Shown here: positions 9,086-18,256 of the stretch, piece by piece
Numbering within the stretch: position 1 is the first letter of the stretch
How the letters are laid out: every line of letters starts with the position of its first letter
Virus record (IMG/VR): IMGVR_UViG_3300037420_001136
Span: 27,891 to 91,890 of that record
Direction: 5' to 3' (one strand)
DNA from: a virus
Length of the DNA: 64,000 nt
Position numbers and translations under genes: made by a program
The notes under the pieces: generated by a model
Told to the model about the DNA's origin: nothing
The model's input: the letters and a program-made list of their open reading frames with translations, nothing else
The model's database searches: none

Positions 9086-11044
9086 ATGCTTCAGAAGCAG
9101 CTCCCGACGCCGTATCAGAACTTCATTCACAAGTCGCGTTACGCAAGATTCTTAGACGAGTACGGCAGGCGGGAGGACTGGGATGAAACCGTCTCTCGCT
9201 ACTTCGACTACTTCGAGCAAGATCTCGCCGAGCATCACAACTACGTCGTTCCACGAACTCTTCGCTCCGAGCTGGAGGACGCGGTCTCCAATCTGCACGT
9301 GATGCCGTCCATGCGGGCGATGATGACGGCGGGGGAGGCTCTTCGCCGAGAGAATATCTCTGGCTTCAACTGCGCCTATCTCCCAATCGATCGCCCGAGA
9401 GCCTTCGCAGAAGTTTTGTACATCTTGATGTGCGGAACGGGCGTGGGCTTCAGCGTCGAGCGGCAGATCATCAAGCAGCTTCCGGAAGTGCCGAACGAGT
9501 TCTCCGACGTTCAGGACGAGATTGTAGTCGGCGACAGCAAGCGCGGTTGGGCCGAGGCCTACGAGGAGCTCATCAGACACCTGTACGGCGGCAGGGTGCC
9601 TAGGGTAAACACCAGCCTAGTCAGGAAGGCTGGGGAGCGTCTGAAGACGTTCGGAGGACGGGCCAGCGGCCCCAAGCCCCTGCTACAACTGTTTGATTTT
9701 ACCATCAAGATGTTCAAGGACGCCTCGGGACGTAAACTTAACTCCCTGGAAGTCCATGAGATCTGCACCAAGATCGGCGAGGTCGTTGTAGTCGGCGGCG
9801 TTCGTCGCAGTGCGGAGATCAGTCTTAGCAATCTCTCCGATCTTCGTATGCGCGATGCCAAGTCGGGCAACTGGAGTAACGAGAAGCCTCATCTTGCTCT
9901 CTCCAACAACTCGGTCGCCTACACCGAGAAGCCCGAGGTCGGAGCCTTCATGGAAGAGTGGCTCAGCATCTTCAAGTCCAACAGCGGCGAGCGCGGCATC
10001 TTCAATCGCTACGGCGCGATCGAGAAGATTCAGCGCTTGGGGCGTCGCGACCACAACTATGAGTTCGGCACCAATCCGTGCGGCGAGATTATTCTGCGGC
10101 CCCGTGGCCTCTGCAATCTTTCGGAGGCGGTAATTCGCGAGAACGATAGCGCCAAGGATATTCGCGAGAAGATTCGTCTCGCGGCCATCATCGGAACTTG
10201 GCAGTCTACCCAGACGCGCTACAACTTCGTAGAACCGGATTGGGCGAAGAATGCCCTGGAGGAGCGTCTCCTCGGCGTCAGCCTGACCGGCATTTACGAC
10301 AATGCTCTCATGCGCGGCGAGCAAGGTCTGGACAAGCTGGCGAACAATCTTCAGCACATGAAGCAGACGGCCATCAAAGCTAATCGCGTCGCGGCCAGCG
10401 AAATTGGGATTAATCCCAGCGTCGCTGTGACGACCATCAAGCCGAGTGGAACGGTCAGCCAGCTCGTGAACTGCCCCTCGGGGATTCACCAAGGTCATGC
10501 TGCGTACTACATTCGTCGCATCTCGCAGGATAACAAGGATCCGGTTACACGGTTCATGGGCGACGCGGGAATTCCAAACGAGCCGCACGACGCCAAGCCG
10601 CAGGATATGACAGTCTTCAGCTTCCCGATGCGTCTGGGAAGCACGACGGTCACTCGCGATCAGATCACAGCCATCGAGCATCTGGAGCTGGTCAGGACGT
10701 ACAATCTCAACTGGTCTGAGCATGCAGTCAGCTGCACCATCTCCGTCAAGGAGCACGAGTGGCCCGAGGTCGGTGGATGGGTCTACAAGAACTTCGACCT
10801 TCTCGCCGGCGTCAGCTTCCTGCCGCACTTTGAGGCGAGCAGCACCTATACTCAACTTCCGTACGAGACTATCGACAAAGCAACGTACGAGATGCTTGCA
10901 GCCGAGATTCCGGACGACATTGACTGGACTCAGCTGGAACTTTACGAGAAGGGTATCGACACCGTAGAAGGAACACGAGAATTTGCCTGCGTCGGCAACA
11001 TCTGCGAGATTGTCGAGCGCACCACTCCTATCGCAGCGGAGTAA
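9086..11044 (+). CDS. nrdJ: Class II (adenosylcobalamin-dependent) ribonucleotide reductase
   Basis: PSMRAM, FNCAY, GTGVGFSVE, VVGGVRRSA, GTNPCGEI, CNLSE, TIKPSGTVS, C-terminal CVGNIC; no small subunit nearby. Confidence 0.92.
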   Translation: MLQKQLPTPYQNFIHKSRYARFLDEYGRREDWDETVSRYFDYFEQDLAEHHNYVVPRTLRSELEDAVSNLHVMPSMRAMMTAGEALRRENISGFNCAYLPIDRPRAFAEVLYILMCGTGVGFSVERQIIKQLPEVPNEFSDVQDEIVVGDSKRGWAEAYEELIRHLYGGRVPRVNTSLVRKAGERLKTFGGRASGPKPLLQLFDFTIKMFKDASGRKLNSLEVHEICTKIGEVVVVGGVRRSAEISLSNLSDLRMRDAKSGNWSNEKPHLALSNNSVAYTEKPEVGAFMEEWLSIFKSNSGERGIFNRYGAIEKIQRLGRRDHNYEFGTNPCGEIILRPRGLCNLSEAVIRENDSAKDIREKIRLAAIIGTWQSTQTRYNFVEPDWAKNALEERLLGVSLTGIYDNALMRGEQGLDKLANNLQHMKQTAIKANRVAASEIGINPSVAVTTIKPSGTVSQLVNCPSGIHQGHAAYYIRRISQDNKDPVTRFMGDAGIPNEPHDAKPQDMTVFSFPMRLGSTTVTRDQITAIEHLELVRTYNLNWSEHAVSCTISVKEHEWPEVGGWVYKNFDLLAGVSFLPHFEASSTYTQLPYETIDKATYEMLAAEIPDDIDWTQLELYEKGIDTVEGTREFACVGNICEIVERTTPIAAE

Positions 11045-11049
11045 CGCCA

Positions 11050-11886
11050 ATGAAATGTGTTCTTCACTCAGAAAGCAACCGTGGCCTCGGCTGGCGTCCA
11101 GATCTACCCGACTTCCGAGATCATCGCTACAGCGCGTCGGCGCACGGACAGGTGGAGCTTTCACAACCTCTCCCCGTTCGACACGAGGCTCCACGATTCC
11201 GCAAGCTTGAGATCAAGAACCAACGCAATATCGGAAGCTGTACTGGTCAGGCTTGGTCTCGGGAAGCTGCTCGCGAGCGGAAGCTGACACCGCAGTCAGC
11301 ACTCGCCATCTACTACGAAGAGCGTCGCATCAACGGAGAGACCGAGATCGACGCTGGCGCCTACATTCGCGACGGAGCCAAGGTCGTGACCAGCTACGGC
11401 GTTCCGACCGAGAAGCTGTGGCCCGACGTTGACGACAACGTCTTCCGCGACCCCAGCGCCAAGGCCGACAAGGATGCCTCGCGGAAAGTCTTCGGCGAGT
11501 ATCTTCGCGTCGGCCCCAGCCAGCAGGAGATGTGCGCCGTCATCGCCAGCGGGCATGGATTCGTGATGGGTATCTCCTGCTACGACTCGATGTTCACCTC
11601 GATCACGGATCGTACCGGCATCATTTCCTATCCTCAGCCCGGAGAATCTCTCCAGGGCGGACATGCTCTTCAGTACGGCGGCTACGATCTTAAGTTCCGC
11701 GAGTCTGAGGCAGCACAACGCTTTCGCGCGATGGGCTTCCCGGACAGCGTCATCCCCGAGCAGGTGCTCATCTTCGCGAATAGCTGGGACGTCTCGTGGG
11801 GAGACGGTGGCTACGGCTATCTTGACATGCGCTTCGCCGTCGACGAGAATCTCGCTGACGACCGTTGGACGATTCGGGTAAAATAA
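11050..11886 (+). CDS. Papain-like C1 family cysteine peptidase
   Basis: GWRPDLPDFRD N-terminus; NQRNIGSCTG (Gln/Cys), GGHAL (His), NSWDVSWGDGGYG (Asn). Confidence 0.9.
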   Translation: MKCVLHSESNRGLGWRPDLPDFRDHRYSASAHGQVELSQPLPVRHEAPRFRKLEIKNQRNIGSCTGQAWSREAARERKLTPQSALAIYYEERRINGETEIDAGAYIRDGAKVVTSYGVPTEKLWPDVDDNVFRDPSAKADKDASRKVFGEYLRVGPSQQEMCAVIASGHGFVMGISCYDSMFTSITDRTGIISYPQPGESLQGGHALQYGGYDLKFRESEAAQRFRAMGFPDSVIPEQVLIFANSWDVSWGDGGYGYLDMRFAVDENLADDRWTIRVK

Positions 11887-11903
11887 CGCAATTTTGGAGC
11901 ATC

Positions 11904-11937
11904 TACAGTGGGTTAGGCCGTAGGCCAGCCCACTGTA
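11904..11937. terminator. Hairpin between convergent gene blocks
   Basis: TACAGTGGG...CCCACTGTA inverted repeat between + and - blocks. Confidence 0.5.
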
Positions 11938-11995
11938 CCGCCCGCCAGCACGCTCAGAGAGCTTCCAAAACAGCTCCTCGAGCAGCATCCCACAG

Positions 11996-12301
11996 CTACA
12001 GCAGCACGTACCGGCGCACTAGGTCAATAGACGCTGTGGCGGGTTTCAGCCGACCATCGCTTTGACGACCTACGATGAGCGTGGGTCCCCAGATTATACT
12101 CTTCGCGAAGTACCACGTCCTCAATTTCTTCTGAATCCCGTAGAGATCAACGAAGGCGTCGTGATCTGGGAGAACACTCTGGAAAGTGATGTGCCCCAGC
12201 ACCGGCTCCTTAATGAACTCCTGGATCTGTGCTAGATCAGCCCAGTCCGCCGACACTTCCGTGATCGTAGAATTATTCGGATTTATGTGAATTGCTCTCA
12301 C
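11996..12301 (-). CDS. Hypothetical protein
   Basis: GGAG RBS; downstream of promoter 12402-12430. Confidence 0.6.
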   Translation of the reverse strand: MRAIHINPNNSTITEVSADWADLAQIQEFIKEPVLGHITFQSVLPDHDAFVDLYGIQKKLRTWYFAKSIIWGPTLIVGRQSDGRLKPATASIDLVRRYVLL

Positions 12302-12401
12302 TCTAGAACTCCGTATGAGGTTCCGCCATCTCGGGGGTCTTCAACGACGGAACCTCAACTTGTGCGGCAAGCAGCAAGAGCGGGCAAGTGGCCCTAGGCC
12401 C

Positions 12402-12430
12402 TTGGTACCGCGCCGCGCCTCTTTGAGCAA
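12402..12430 (-). promoter_or_regulatory. sigma70-like promoter with spacer GA
   Basis: TTGCTC-aaaGA(17)-TACCAA on - strand. Confidence 0.6.
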
Positions 12431-12438
12431 GCATCAGT

Positions 12439-12708
12439 TTAGCCGCGAAACGTGTAGTGATGTTTGCGAGCAGTAACCTCCACGACGTTCTCCGCCGGAA
12501 TGGTTCTGAACGCCTCCTTCTCCATGTCGAAGACGGTCAAGAGATTCTTGCTCGCAGCGTCGTAGGCCGCACCCTTTCCTGTGATGCCTTTGTGAACTCC
12601 TGTTCGGCAGAGCATCTTACGCTCAGTCCCGTCCGATCTCTTGATGAACGTGACGCTAGCGATCTTTCCGCCGCCGATCAGCTCTTTTAACCTCGAGAGT
12701 TCCATCAT
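12439..12708 (-). CDS. Small SH3/WYL-like beta-barrel phage protein
   Basis: SVTFIKRSDGTERKM and VFDMEKEAFRTI pattern; GGAGG RBS. Confidence 0.65.
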   Translation of the reverse strand: MMELSRLKELIGGGKIASVTFIKRSDGTERKMLCRTGVHKGITGKGAAYDAASKNLLTVFDMEKEAFRTIPAENVVEVTARKHHYTFRG

Positions 12709-12928
12709 CCTCCCTCGTAATCTTGGCTACCACGTCTCGCTCGCCGTTACGCAGCACGAGACGATCAGTACCGTATTCCTTCTCTACCGAGAACTCTCTA
12801 CGAGAGCCGTGGTAGTAGACGCAGCGATCACGGGTGCACTCTTCTCGCAAACGGAGAGTGTCCTGCGCCGCCGCAGCAGTGGGATACCCTAGGGTAAGTC
12901 CCAGCACAAGCAGAAACTTACGTCGCAT
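12656..12928 (-). CDS. Small exported protein (signal peptide)
   Basis: MRRKFLLVLGLTLGYPTAAAA-Q signal peptide; GGAGG RBS. Confidence 0.55.
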   Translation of the reverse strand: MRRKFLLVLGLTLGYPTAAAAQDTLRLREECTRDRCVYYHGSRREFSVEKEYGTDRLVLRNGERDVVAKITREDDGTLEVKRADRRRKDR

Positions 12929-12929
12929 C

Positions 12930-13103
12930 TTATCCTCCTCCGTGATCTTGAATGAAGCACTCCACCGCTGCCCTGCGGTGTTTCTCCTTATTGGCCGCAG
13001 GATGCTGACCCTCATGGGGATAAGCTCGTAGCTGACCATCCCCCTCACGCTGATCAATCGTGTAGCGAAATCCTGCGTACTCGTATTCTGCCGGTATGAT
13101 CAT
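12930..13103 (-). CDS. Small hypothetical protein (57 aa, MIIPAEYEYAG...)
   Basis: Read by hand; ATGA overlap with the upstream gene, fills gap. Confidence 0.5.
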   Translation of the reverse strand: MIIPAEYEYAGFRYTIDQREGDGQLRAYPHEGQHPAANKEKHRRAAVECFIQDHGGG

Positions 13104-13579
13104 CGATCCATTCCCAATCCACTGAAGGAGAACACGTTGAGACCATTCTTCGGCTGCGGGACTCCGGAGACCTCGAACTGTTTGGCCTCCTCCTCACTGA
13201 GATGCCAGAGCTTGAAAGCTGGCATCTGCATGATGGCGAGAGCAACGTAACGATGATGTCCGTCTAGCATTAGATCCCACGGTTCTGCGCCGAACTTGTC
13301 AAGAACGGTGCCTCGATTAATTCGCATCATCATGCAGGGATTAAGGCAGCGCTCTGGATTTTGTAGAAGTAGATCGATGCGGTGCTGCTCGATTCCACGA
13401 TTGGCGATGAACCACTCAGCACGGTCAGAGTCTACCTGACTGTGGAACACCTGACGATTCGTCTCACGGCACCAGTCCTCCATGCGATTGACGCACCACA
13501 TGCGAACAGTATTCTTCTCGTCTGGGTTCTCCCAGGTGTAGACGACCTCTTTATCGTCTAGCGTCAGAAAAGGAATCAC
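13100..13579 (-). CDS. ParB/Srx-like fold protein
   Basis: LMLDGHHRYVAL motif. Confidence 0.55.
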   Translation of the reverse strand: MIPFLTLDDKEVVYTWENPDEKNTVRMWCVNRMEDWCRETNRQVFHSQVDSDRAEWFIANRGIEQHRIDLLLQNPERCLNPCMMMRINRGTVLDKFGAEPWDLMLDGHHRYVALAIMQMPAFKLWHLSEEEAKQFEVSGVPQPKNGLNVFSFSGLGMDR

Positions 13580-13826
13580 TTACTCTTATCCTTCTCATGT
13601 GACCTATGAAGGTCTTACGATCACACTCAATCGCACCGTTGGCAATTGCCTGAACTCGTCTTCCCTTCGCCACGTCGTAGTGTGGGAAGGATCTTGGCTG
13701 AAACCACTCTCGCCTCATGCCGATTCTGCTCGCCATGAGATGAAGTTCCTCCGGCGTATCAGCGATCATGTGACACATCTTCATGCGTCTAAATCCATTC
13801 TCTGCTTTGTCGATGTAGACAGGCAT
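13551..13826 (-). CDS. DUF4031-family protein
   Basis: MPVYID..MCHMIADTPEELHLMA.RIG..REWFQ...PHYDV..RR..AI. Confidence 0.8.
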   Translation of the reverse strand: MPVYIDKAENGFRRMKMCHMIADTPEELHLMASRIGMRREWFQPRSFPHYDVAKGRRVQAIANGAIECDRKTFIGHMRRIRVSDSFSDARR

Positions 13827-14383
13827 CAGCTAGCCTTTATAGTGCCACAATCGTCCTCGTGCTGCAAGCCGTGACTGCTCTGCTTGTACACGGGAAATCC
13901 CTTCTCCGCTGCCGCCTTATTCTCTCTGTGCACGTACCATCTCTTTCGCCAGTTGATGTGGAAGTTCGTGGGTGAAGTCCCAGAAGCCTCGGCGATCTTC
14001 TCCAGGAGTGCGTAGTTCGCCTTTCCCAGACGAAGAAGAGAGTGCGCGGTCTTGTGATGCACTCCTAGGATCTTGCTTAATTCTCGCGCGTTGTTTCCGC
14101 TTAGAAGTTTGCAGAACTCGCGGACGAGCTCGTTGTCCACCTGGAACTCGTACCACGGTCTCTTCAGGAGGAACTTCTCTATGTTTATGTCCAGATATTC
14201 CGCGATGGATAGTATCGTCTCGAAGTCTTTGAGACGCTCGCCTTTGATAAGACGATAGATAGCTTTGTGATCTATTCCCGCGCGAGTGTGAAGCTGATAG
14301 GCAGCGCCTTCAGCCTTCCCTAGTCTCGCTAGAGCAACTTCGCGAAACTTCTGGTGATTTAATCTAACGGCCTTCTTGAGCAG
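13826..14383 (-). CDS. Tandem XRE-type HTH protein, probable CTG start
   Basis: Frame open from 14395 to 13826; two HTH-like repeats (AGIDHKAIYRLIKGE...LSIAEYL; LGVHHKTAHSLLRLG...LEKIAEAS). Confidence 0.6.
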   Translation of the reverse strand: MLKKAVRLNHQKFREVALARLGKAEGAAYQLHTRAGIDHKAIYRLIKGERLKDFETILSIAEYLDINIEKFLLKRPWYEFQVDNELVREFCKLLSGNNARELSKILGVHHKTAHSLLRLGKANYALLEKIAEASGTSPTNFHINWRKRWYVHRENKAAAEKGFPVYKQSSHGLQHEDDCGTIKAS

Positions 14384-14395
14384 AGCACAGAGTAC

Positions 14396-15550
14396 CTACT
14401 GAGCCGGAGCTAGTCCCTCCAGGCAGTCGCTGAACAGATAGAGACCAACCGTCTCCGTCGAGTTGTACGGAACGCCTACGAGAAGATACGCTCCCTCAGG
14501 ATGAGGATTCGGCGAGACATCCACATCTGCCTCGCTACGATACGGCGTCCAGCCCCAAGCATTCGGCAGAAGAGTGAAAACGTCTCCCTGATTTATGACT
14601 TGCCCCTCCTGAAGCGTGCACTGCTTCATAGCTCTCGCGTACTGCGCTCCCTTCAATGGCACGACCGTCCAGCCGGATGGCGTCGGTTCGGGCGGCGGTT
14701 CCGGAACTGCATCATCGTCAGCGATGGTGATGATGCCTGAGCGGCTCACCTGAGCGTTTGTCACAGGGGTGATGGTGATGTTGAAGTTCTCTGGATCTTC
14801 ATGCTCGGCATCGTTGATGATAGTCACAGGAATGTAGAATCCCGTGGCACCGGCTGGCACCGTGATATCGCCGGAGGAAGCCACGTAATCTACTCCCGGC
14901 ACGGCTGTCCCATGCCCCGGATTGATCTCGTAGTGAACAATGGACAAGAGACCATTGTCTCCGGTCTTGGGCACGAAGTACTGGAAGCTTCCGACACTCT
15001 CCTGCACCGTCTGGTCTGGGGGACCGAACGTCGGCGGAGGAGTTGGCTCTGGCGGTTGAGCAACGTCGGAGTCTGTAATCGTACCAATCGCGCTTCCGGT
15101 GCCGATCTGTGCGTTCAACGACGCGGTAATCGTCGCCTGAAGGGTTTCGGTTCCCTCCGGCACATCGTCGTTCACGAGACTGACGACCTGATTCTTCACA
15201 GCCTCACCAGTACCGAACTGAACGCTGGAGGTGAGAGGAACGAAGTCCGAACCCGCCAGAGCCGTCTGGCCGGAGACTGTGAACTGAACGGTCGAGATGT
15301 TCGTCAGGTCACCCGTTCTGCTGAGCTGAAAGATGAGCTGCCCCTCGTTCTCGTCAGCCGTGGCGGACGAGATAGAGATTGTAGGAGCGACGGGCGTCGG
15401 CGTGGGAGTCTGCTTGACGCAATGGTTCCCTTGACGAATATACCCGCTGGGACAGTTCACCACAGGCTTCGCTGCGGCAACTACCGAGTCTGTGTCAGTC
15501 GTACAGGCAGTCGTCGCCAGAAGGATGCCGACTATAAGAGAAATTCGCAT
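14396..15550 (-). CDS. Lipoprotein with two Calx-beta domains
   Basis: Lipobox LATTAC; TA.AGSDF/TA.PGVDY and NDD..E..E Calx-beta signatures; Pro/Thr linkers. Confidence 0.8.
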   Translation of the reverse strand: MRISLIVGILLATTACTTDTDSVVAAAKPVVNCPSGYIRQGNHCVKQTPTPTPVAPTISISSATADENEGQLIFQLSRTGDLTNISTVQFTVSGQTALAGSDFVPLTSSVQFGTGEAVKNQVVSLVNDDVPEGTETLQATITASLNAQIGTGSAIGTITDSDVAQPPEPTPPPTFGPPDQTVQESVGSFQYFVPKTGDNGLLSIVHYEINPGHGTAVPGVDYVASSGDITVPAGATGFYIPVTIINDAEHEDPENFNITITPVTNAQVSRSGIITIADDDAVPEPPPEPTPSGWTVVPLKGAQYARAMKQCTLQEGQVINQGDVFTLLPNAWGWTPYRSEADVDVSPNPHPEGAYLLVGVPYNSTETVGLYLFSDCLEGLAPAQ

Positions 15551-15606
15551 GAGAGGTCTCCCGCCGAATATTCTCTGTTAGCACGGCCTAGCTCAGTTGA
15601 ACAGGG

Positions 15607-15777
15607 CTACAGCTTGCGCCAGACGTTGATGACTCTGCTGTTCGGGATGCCCTTCTTCACCAGCTGATCCTTGGCGTCCGTCATCCCAGTCGCCGTCAGG
15701 TCCATGAACATAAGCTGACCGTTATCGTCGATGTACTTCGCAGTGTAGATCTGCGTCCTGTTAATTTCCACCGGCAT
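15607..15777 (-). CDS. Small hypothetical protein (56 aa, MPVEINRTQI...)
   Basis: Read by hand; AAGGAG RBS. Confidence 0.55.
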   Translation of the reverse strand: MPVEINRTQIYTAKYIDDNGQLMFMDLTATGMTDAKDQLVKKGIPNSRVINVWRKL

Positions 15778-15789
15778 TCTTCTTCTCCT

Positions 15790-15978
15790 TTAGACGCAGC
15801 GCGCCTGTCTGTGATCTATCTGATTGGACAAGAACCAAAACTGGTTCCGATAATTCTTCGCGGCGGCGAAGCACTCCAAGCTGTCGGGAATCATCTCCCA
15901 ACTCTCCACAAGAGTGCGTCCGCAGAAGCTGATCCAGCGCCAGCGCCATCCGTTCCCGTGAGGAATGACCTCAAGCAC
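15790..15978 (-). CDS. Hypothetical protein
   Basis: Overlaps ligase stop; GAGG RBS. Confidence 0.5.
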   Translation of the reverse strand: MLEVIPHGNGWRWRWISFCGRTLVESWEMIPDSLECFAAAKNYRNQFWFLSNQIDHRQARCV

Positions 15979-17002
15979 CGAGGACCTCGCGGCGAATTGC
16001 GAGCAGCGCCTCGAGCTGATCGGCCGGGACCTCGTTGTCCTGCACGAGCCCCATGTACTTCGGCTGACGAGGCCTGATCTTGCCGCCGACCTCCTGATAC
16101 TCGTACTTCAGGAAGCCGCCTAAGAACTTAGGACGATTAGCCCAGACCTCATCCCGAAGGTCGAACGTGAGTCCGACGCCCATTCCGACGCCAAACGTCT
16201 CTGTGAAGCCCGGAGACCTAGTGATGAACTTGCCGAGTGTTCCCTTGGGGACCATGTTCTCCTTGAGCCCTGCTCGGCTGGCGTAGCCCCGCTCGTTTGT
16301 GGTGAGCTCATTCTGGTTCTCCAGCATCTCCTCGTACCCGACGATGACTCCCCATGCGTCCATGTAGGGTTTCAACGCCCAGAGCCACGACTCTCGCAGG
16401 GTGCTGCGACCATACTTGTACGGCGCATCCGGGTGACGACCCATGACGCCCTCAAGTCCGCGAGCAATGATCCCGTCGTAGTAAGTGAAGAGCTCTTCCT
16501 GATTGCGGACTAGCACATGCTCCACCGGCTGGATATCTACCGGCGCTCCCTCCAGCTTAGTCCAACCCATGCCACGAAGCTTCCAGACAGCGTCAGTTGC
16601 GTACTTCAGTCGCTCGCTGAAGGGCTTGTCCGCGTATTGATACGAGTCGAACACGTAGAAGCCGAACGGTGCCTCACGATGGTTGCAATTGAATGCTGAG
16701 GTACACGCCTGCATCGCGTTGTGGTCGAACGGATCTCCTGGGATGGCCTCGCCGTCCAGACCCTTCACGCCTATCTTGGCTGCGTCCGCGAAAAGCTCGC
16801 GCATGACCTTCTGAGTCCACGTGTTCTTCGGTGGCTTCAGCGAGCGAAGCTTGACTTCTCCGGCGTACTCAAACATTCGCCATCCGTCGTACTTGATGGA
16901 TGCCAGCGCCGGATATTTGATCAGCGCTAGGTTCTTCGGCGTATCCTCCGGTCTGCCAGAGAAGATTTTGGCCGACGCCATCGCGTCGAAGCGTCTGCTC
17001 AT
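15971..17002 (-). CDS. lig: ATP-dependent DNA ligase
   Basis: KYDGWR (motif I), LDGE, FYVFD, EGVM, YKYGRST, LKPYMDA. Confidence 0.93.
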   Translation of the reverse strand: MSRRFDAMASAKIFSGRPEDTPKNLALIKYPALASIKYDGWRMFEYAGEVKLRSLKPPKNTWTQKVMRELFADAAKIGVKGLDGEAIPGDPFDHNAMQACTSAFNCNHREAPFGFYVFDSYQYADKPFSERLKYATDAVWKLRGMGWTKLEGAPVDIQPVEHVLVRNQEELFTYYDGIIARGLEGVMGRHPDAPYKYGRSTLRESWLWALKPYMDAWGVIVGYEEMLENQNELTTNERGYASRAGLKENMVPKGTLGKFITRSPGFTETFGVGMGVGLTFDLRDEVWANRPKFLGGFLKYEYQEVGGKIRPRQPKYMGLVQDNEVPADQLEALLAIRREVLGA

Positions 17003-17427
17003 TGGGTGAGATTCCTCCTTAGCCACTCGCGAAATCTAGGGTCATCTAACCGACAGAACGTAGTCCAACCAGCGCCTCCCGTGCGAAGAGAGGTTGCGAA
17101 GTGGTAAGTGTTCCACAGGAAAGCTGTACCCTGTGCGTAGCATAAGGCAAAGCGCCTCGTACCGCCAGCCGCATAGTAATCCAGAAGAGCAGGCTTCTGC
17201 GGTCCCTTCATCGCGGTACAGAGATTCGGCAGCTTGCTGTCGCAGTGCTTCAACTCTATCGTACCCTCGGTCTTGAGAGCAGCACCTCGTGCGACGAAGT
17301 AGATGTCGGGAAAGCCAGACTCGTTGGAGGGCTCTATTCGCTCGTAGTAGAAGTCTCCGAGCGTGAGCTTACGAATACAGGCGTAGAACTCGGATTCATT
17401 CTCGGGTTGGAGGGATTCCAGTCGCAT
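16999..17427 (-). CDS. PD-(D/E)XK nuclease (VRR-NUC / Holliday-junction resolvase-like)
   Basis: ESEF...RIE...GFPDI...IELK...Q motif order. Confidence 0.7.
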   Translation of the reverse strand: MRLESLQPENESEFYACIRKLTLGDFYYERIEPSNESGFPDIYFVARGAALKTEGTIELKHCDSKLPNLCTAMKGPQKPALLDYYAAGGTRRFALCYAQGTAFLWNTYHFATSLRTGGAGWTTFCRLDDPRFREWLRRNLTQ

Positions 17428-17678
17428 TTAACATCCAACTCTAGGAGACTCATTTCTCCGGTTGCGAGATCCTTGGCGTAGACCTCATAGCCTAGATTCA
17501 TCAGAACCCGTGCACTCGGCTTCTTGAAAGAAGTTCCGATTCTGTTGAGATAAGCGAAGCTGAGACCACAGCGCTTCTGGCAGTAGTCGTCCCGTTCTGC
17601 GCTCGGCAGCATCTTCGCCTCGGCAACAATCGCCTGAGCCTTTTCTATGATTGCGTCGTTGTAGAAGGCCCCTATCAC
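17334..17678 (-). CDS. Hypothetical protein, possible HTH
   Basis: CGLSFAYLNRI...KPSARVLMNLG. Confidence 0.5.
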   Translation of the reverse strand: MIGAFYNDAIIEKAQAIVAEAKMLPSAERDDYCQKRCGLSFAYLNRIGTSFKKPSARVLMNLGYEVYAKDLATGEMSLLELDVKCDWNPSNPRMNPSSTPVFVSSRSETSTTSE

Positions 17679-18256
17679 AGAGACGGTTCCTTCGGCCGTG
17701 GCGTGCGGCGGAAAGCTAGCACGTTGCCACCCGCCTGCGCGGAGCCAGTCACGAGGCCCTCAGATGCCTCAGAGAGCTTCTCCGGCGGGGCGCTGGCTAC
17801 AGGGGTAGCCGCCGCCGCTGGCAGTGTCTGAGAGCGCTGCATACGGCCCGTGACTTTATACCACAGCCACTCGACAGAACTCCACCAGTCGTAGAATCTT
17901 CCCGGAGGAGCGAAGGTGTCGCAGAACCTCAAGACCGACGCTCGCAGACGCCTCTTCAGCCAGACGTAAGAATCTCGACGTGTGATGTCGAGGCCCGGAG
18001 CCCTGCGAACGTGAACTACTCCGTTGCTCTCCAGGAAGACGCTCGCGATGATCTCACTTCCGTCGCTGGACATCAGCCACTCGGCCATCTCAAGGGCGAG
18101 ATAAGAAGCCTCTGCTCTGTCGACAGACTCTCCGTTGGCGCTCTTGAGAGACCATCCCAGCTTTCCCGACTCGTACTTCCACATCTCGACGTGGAAGTAC
18201 TGGTCAACCTTCTCCAGCTCGGACACTAGAGTCTCGCGGCTTGGAAGTGCATCCAA
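17675..18256 (-). CDS. Hypothetical protein
   Basis: 193-aa ORF in operon downstream of endolysin. Confidence 0.6.
   Translation of the reverse strand: MDALPSRETLVSELEKVDQYFHVEMWKYESGKLGWSLKSANGESVDRAEASYLALEMAEWLMSSDGSEIIASVFLESNGVVHVRRAPGLDITRRDSYVWLKRRLRASVLRFCDTFAPPGRFYDWWSSVEWLWYKVTGRMQRSQTLPAAAATPVASAPPEKLSEASEGLVTGSAQAGGNVLAFRRTPRPKEPSL

Noticed and set aside
9683-11194. 503-aa minus-strand ORF (likewise 57383-59134, 14801-15667 and other long antisense ORFs)
   Set aside because: Shadow frames opposite well-supported genes (nrdJ, MCP, Calx-beta) in GC-rich DNA; no motifs or RBS
14396-14398. Genome-wide TAG recoding suggested by the in-frame ORF after this stop
   Set aside because: Many genes end normally at TAG and long genes contain no in-frame TAG; standard code fits
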